From the NCBI RefSeq assembly GCF_028641065.1, contig NW_026576158.1, forward strand, positions 62,001 to 126,000: a DNA stretch of 64,000 bases. The letters run 5' to 3'. The notes beneath the pieces are model-generated. The model searched no databases and had not been told where the DNA came from. It worked only from the letters and a program-made list of their open reading frames with translations. Shown piece after piece: positions 62,575 through 64,000 of the stretch (position 1 is the first letter of the stretch; every line of letters begins with the position of its first letter). This stretch comes from Leucoraja erinacea. Its lineage: Eukaryota. The translations under genes and the position numbers were made by a program.

Positions 62575-64000
62575 TTTCCGTCACGTCGTTGACCTATTCA
62601 GGTGTAGGTTCTGAACCAAGCGCGGCCACGGTTGCAGTTATACCTGGCGTGAACCTCTGGAGCGCCAATTAGCTTGCGACATCGCTGTTGTTATTTTCAA
62701 TGTTCAGAACAAACAAATTAATGCAGTCATTTTCATGCAATTTTAATTAATCGCGTTGGATACGTTGAAAGTGCTGACGCGTGCTTCGGATCACATCGAA
62801 GTCATAACTTTTTTTTGCAATATAGACTGGATGGGTCATCTGATTTAAGTTGAAAATTCACTAAATCGTTACCAACGAGATCGTTGGCTGGATGGAGTTT
62901 CAAAGCCCATCGATTACGTGGAAGTACTTACACAATATAAGCTCCTAACGTTATGTTGTTATATTTTACACAGAGAGTGGTCAATCTGTGGAATTCTCTA
63001 CCACAGAAGGTAGTTGAGGCCAGTTCATTGGCTATATTTAAGAGGGAGTTAGATGTGGCCCTTGTCGCTAAAGGGATCAGGGGGTATGGAGAGAAGGCAG
63101 GTACGGGATACTGAGTTGGATGATCAGCCATGATCATATTGAATGGCGGTGCAGGCTCGAAGGGCCGAATGGCCTCTACTCCTGCACATATTTTACATGT
63201 TTCCATGTATTCTGTTGCACTCCTGTTTAATAACGAAACACGCTGTTGTGTTGGATTCTATATAACTTAGCTTTAGTCCCTTTTCCTGCGCGCTCGTGGA
63301 TCTACTTCCCAAAATATTTCGGGATCTCTGGAATCCGCCAGATTTGGCATCAATTTCAGTGGTTGTAGGTTGTCGCTCGTATATTGCAGTCATAGTTATA
63401 GAGGAATTCAGCACAGCAAATTGGCCGAACCGCGGATCGTCCAATGAATTAAATCAAGTTTCCGCATTGCTCTGTGTTCCTCTGCCTCGTTTCTATCCAA
63501 GCACTTGTCAAAACGCCTTTAAAATTTTCTAATTATACCTGATTCACCACCTCCACCCTGTTCCATATATTTATAAGACCCCCTCCACCACACCCCCCCC
63601 CCCCCCTCAATCTTCGAAATTCTAGCGAGTACAAGCCGAGTCTATCCAGTCTTTCTTCATATGACAATCCTGGCATCCCGGGAATCAGTCTGGTGAACCT
63701 TCTCTGTACATGGCAAGAATGTATTTCCTCAGATTTGGAGACCCAAAACTGTACGCAATACTCCAGGTGTGGTCTCACCAAAACCCCGTACAACTGGGTG
63801 ACCATTTACATGTTTATATTGTTTATCACTATAGTTATATCAAACCTAGGAACACCAGTCATTTCAAATACAAAAGGGTGAGAATCGCAGAAAAATATAA
63901 ATGCATTTAAGAATGAATTACTGAAACAGAAATCGAGGGTAGTATATGAGGGTGAACATATCGACAAAGCATACAATGGATTTCTAAATATTTTTAAATC

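Overview
Repeat-rich genomic DNA of a cartilaginous fish (probably a skate/ray; inferred from the CR1/HER1-type LINE tails, shark-type IgH-like V sequences and the GPR139-like gene family). It is part of a T-cell receptor alpha/delta-type antigen receptor region. The centrepiece is a complete, apparently intact mini-cluster on the + strand (25400-35102): leader, an IgH-like (TAILV-type) V with a 23-RSS, a single J with a 12-RSS, then C-delta-like Ig, connecting-peptide and transmembrane exons. No D segment is recognisable between V and J. Around it lie a second Ig-like V (- strand, 757-4192), a TRAV-like V (+, 8602-14271), two TRAV/DV-like V genes downstream and inverted (48518-48958 intact; 54750-55156 with a stop in the leader) and at least one V pseudogene. 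Two intact two-exon GPR139-like class A GPCR genes are interleaved among the V genes. Most of the rest is 5'-truncated CR1 LINEs, L1 and Penelope fragments, SINEs, a solo LTR, and Harbinger and hAT MITEs, plus four assembly gaps. Exon and RSS coordinates were read by hand; repeat boundaries are approximate.
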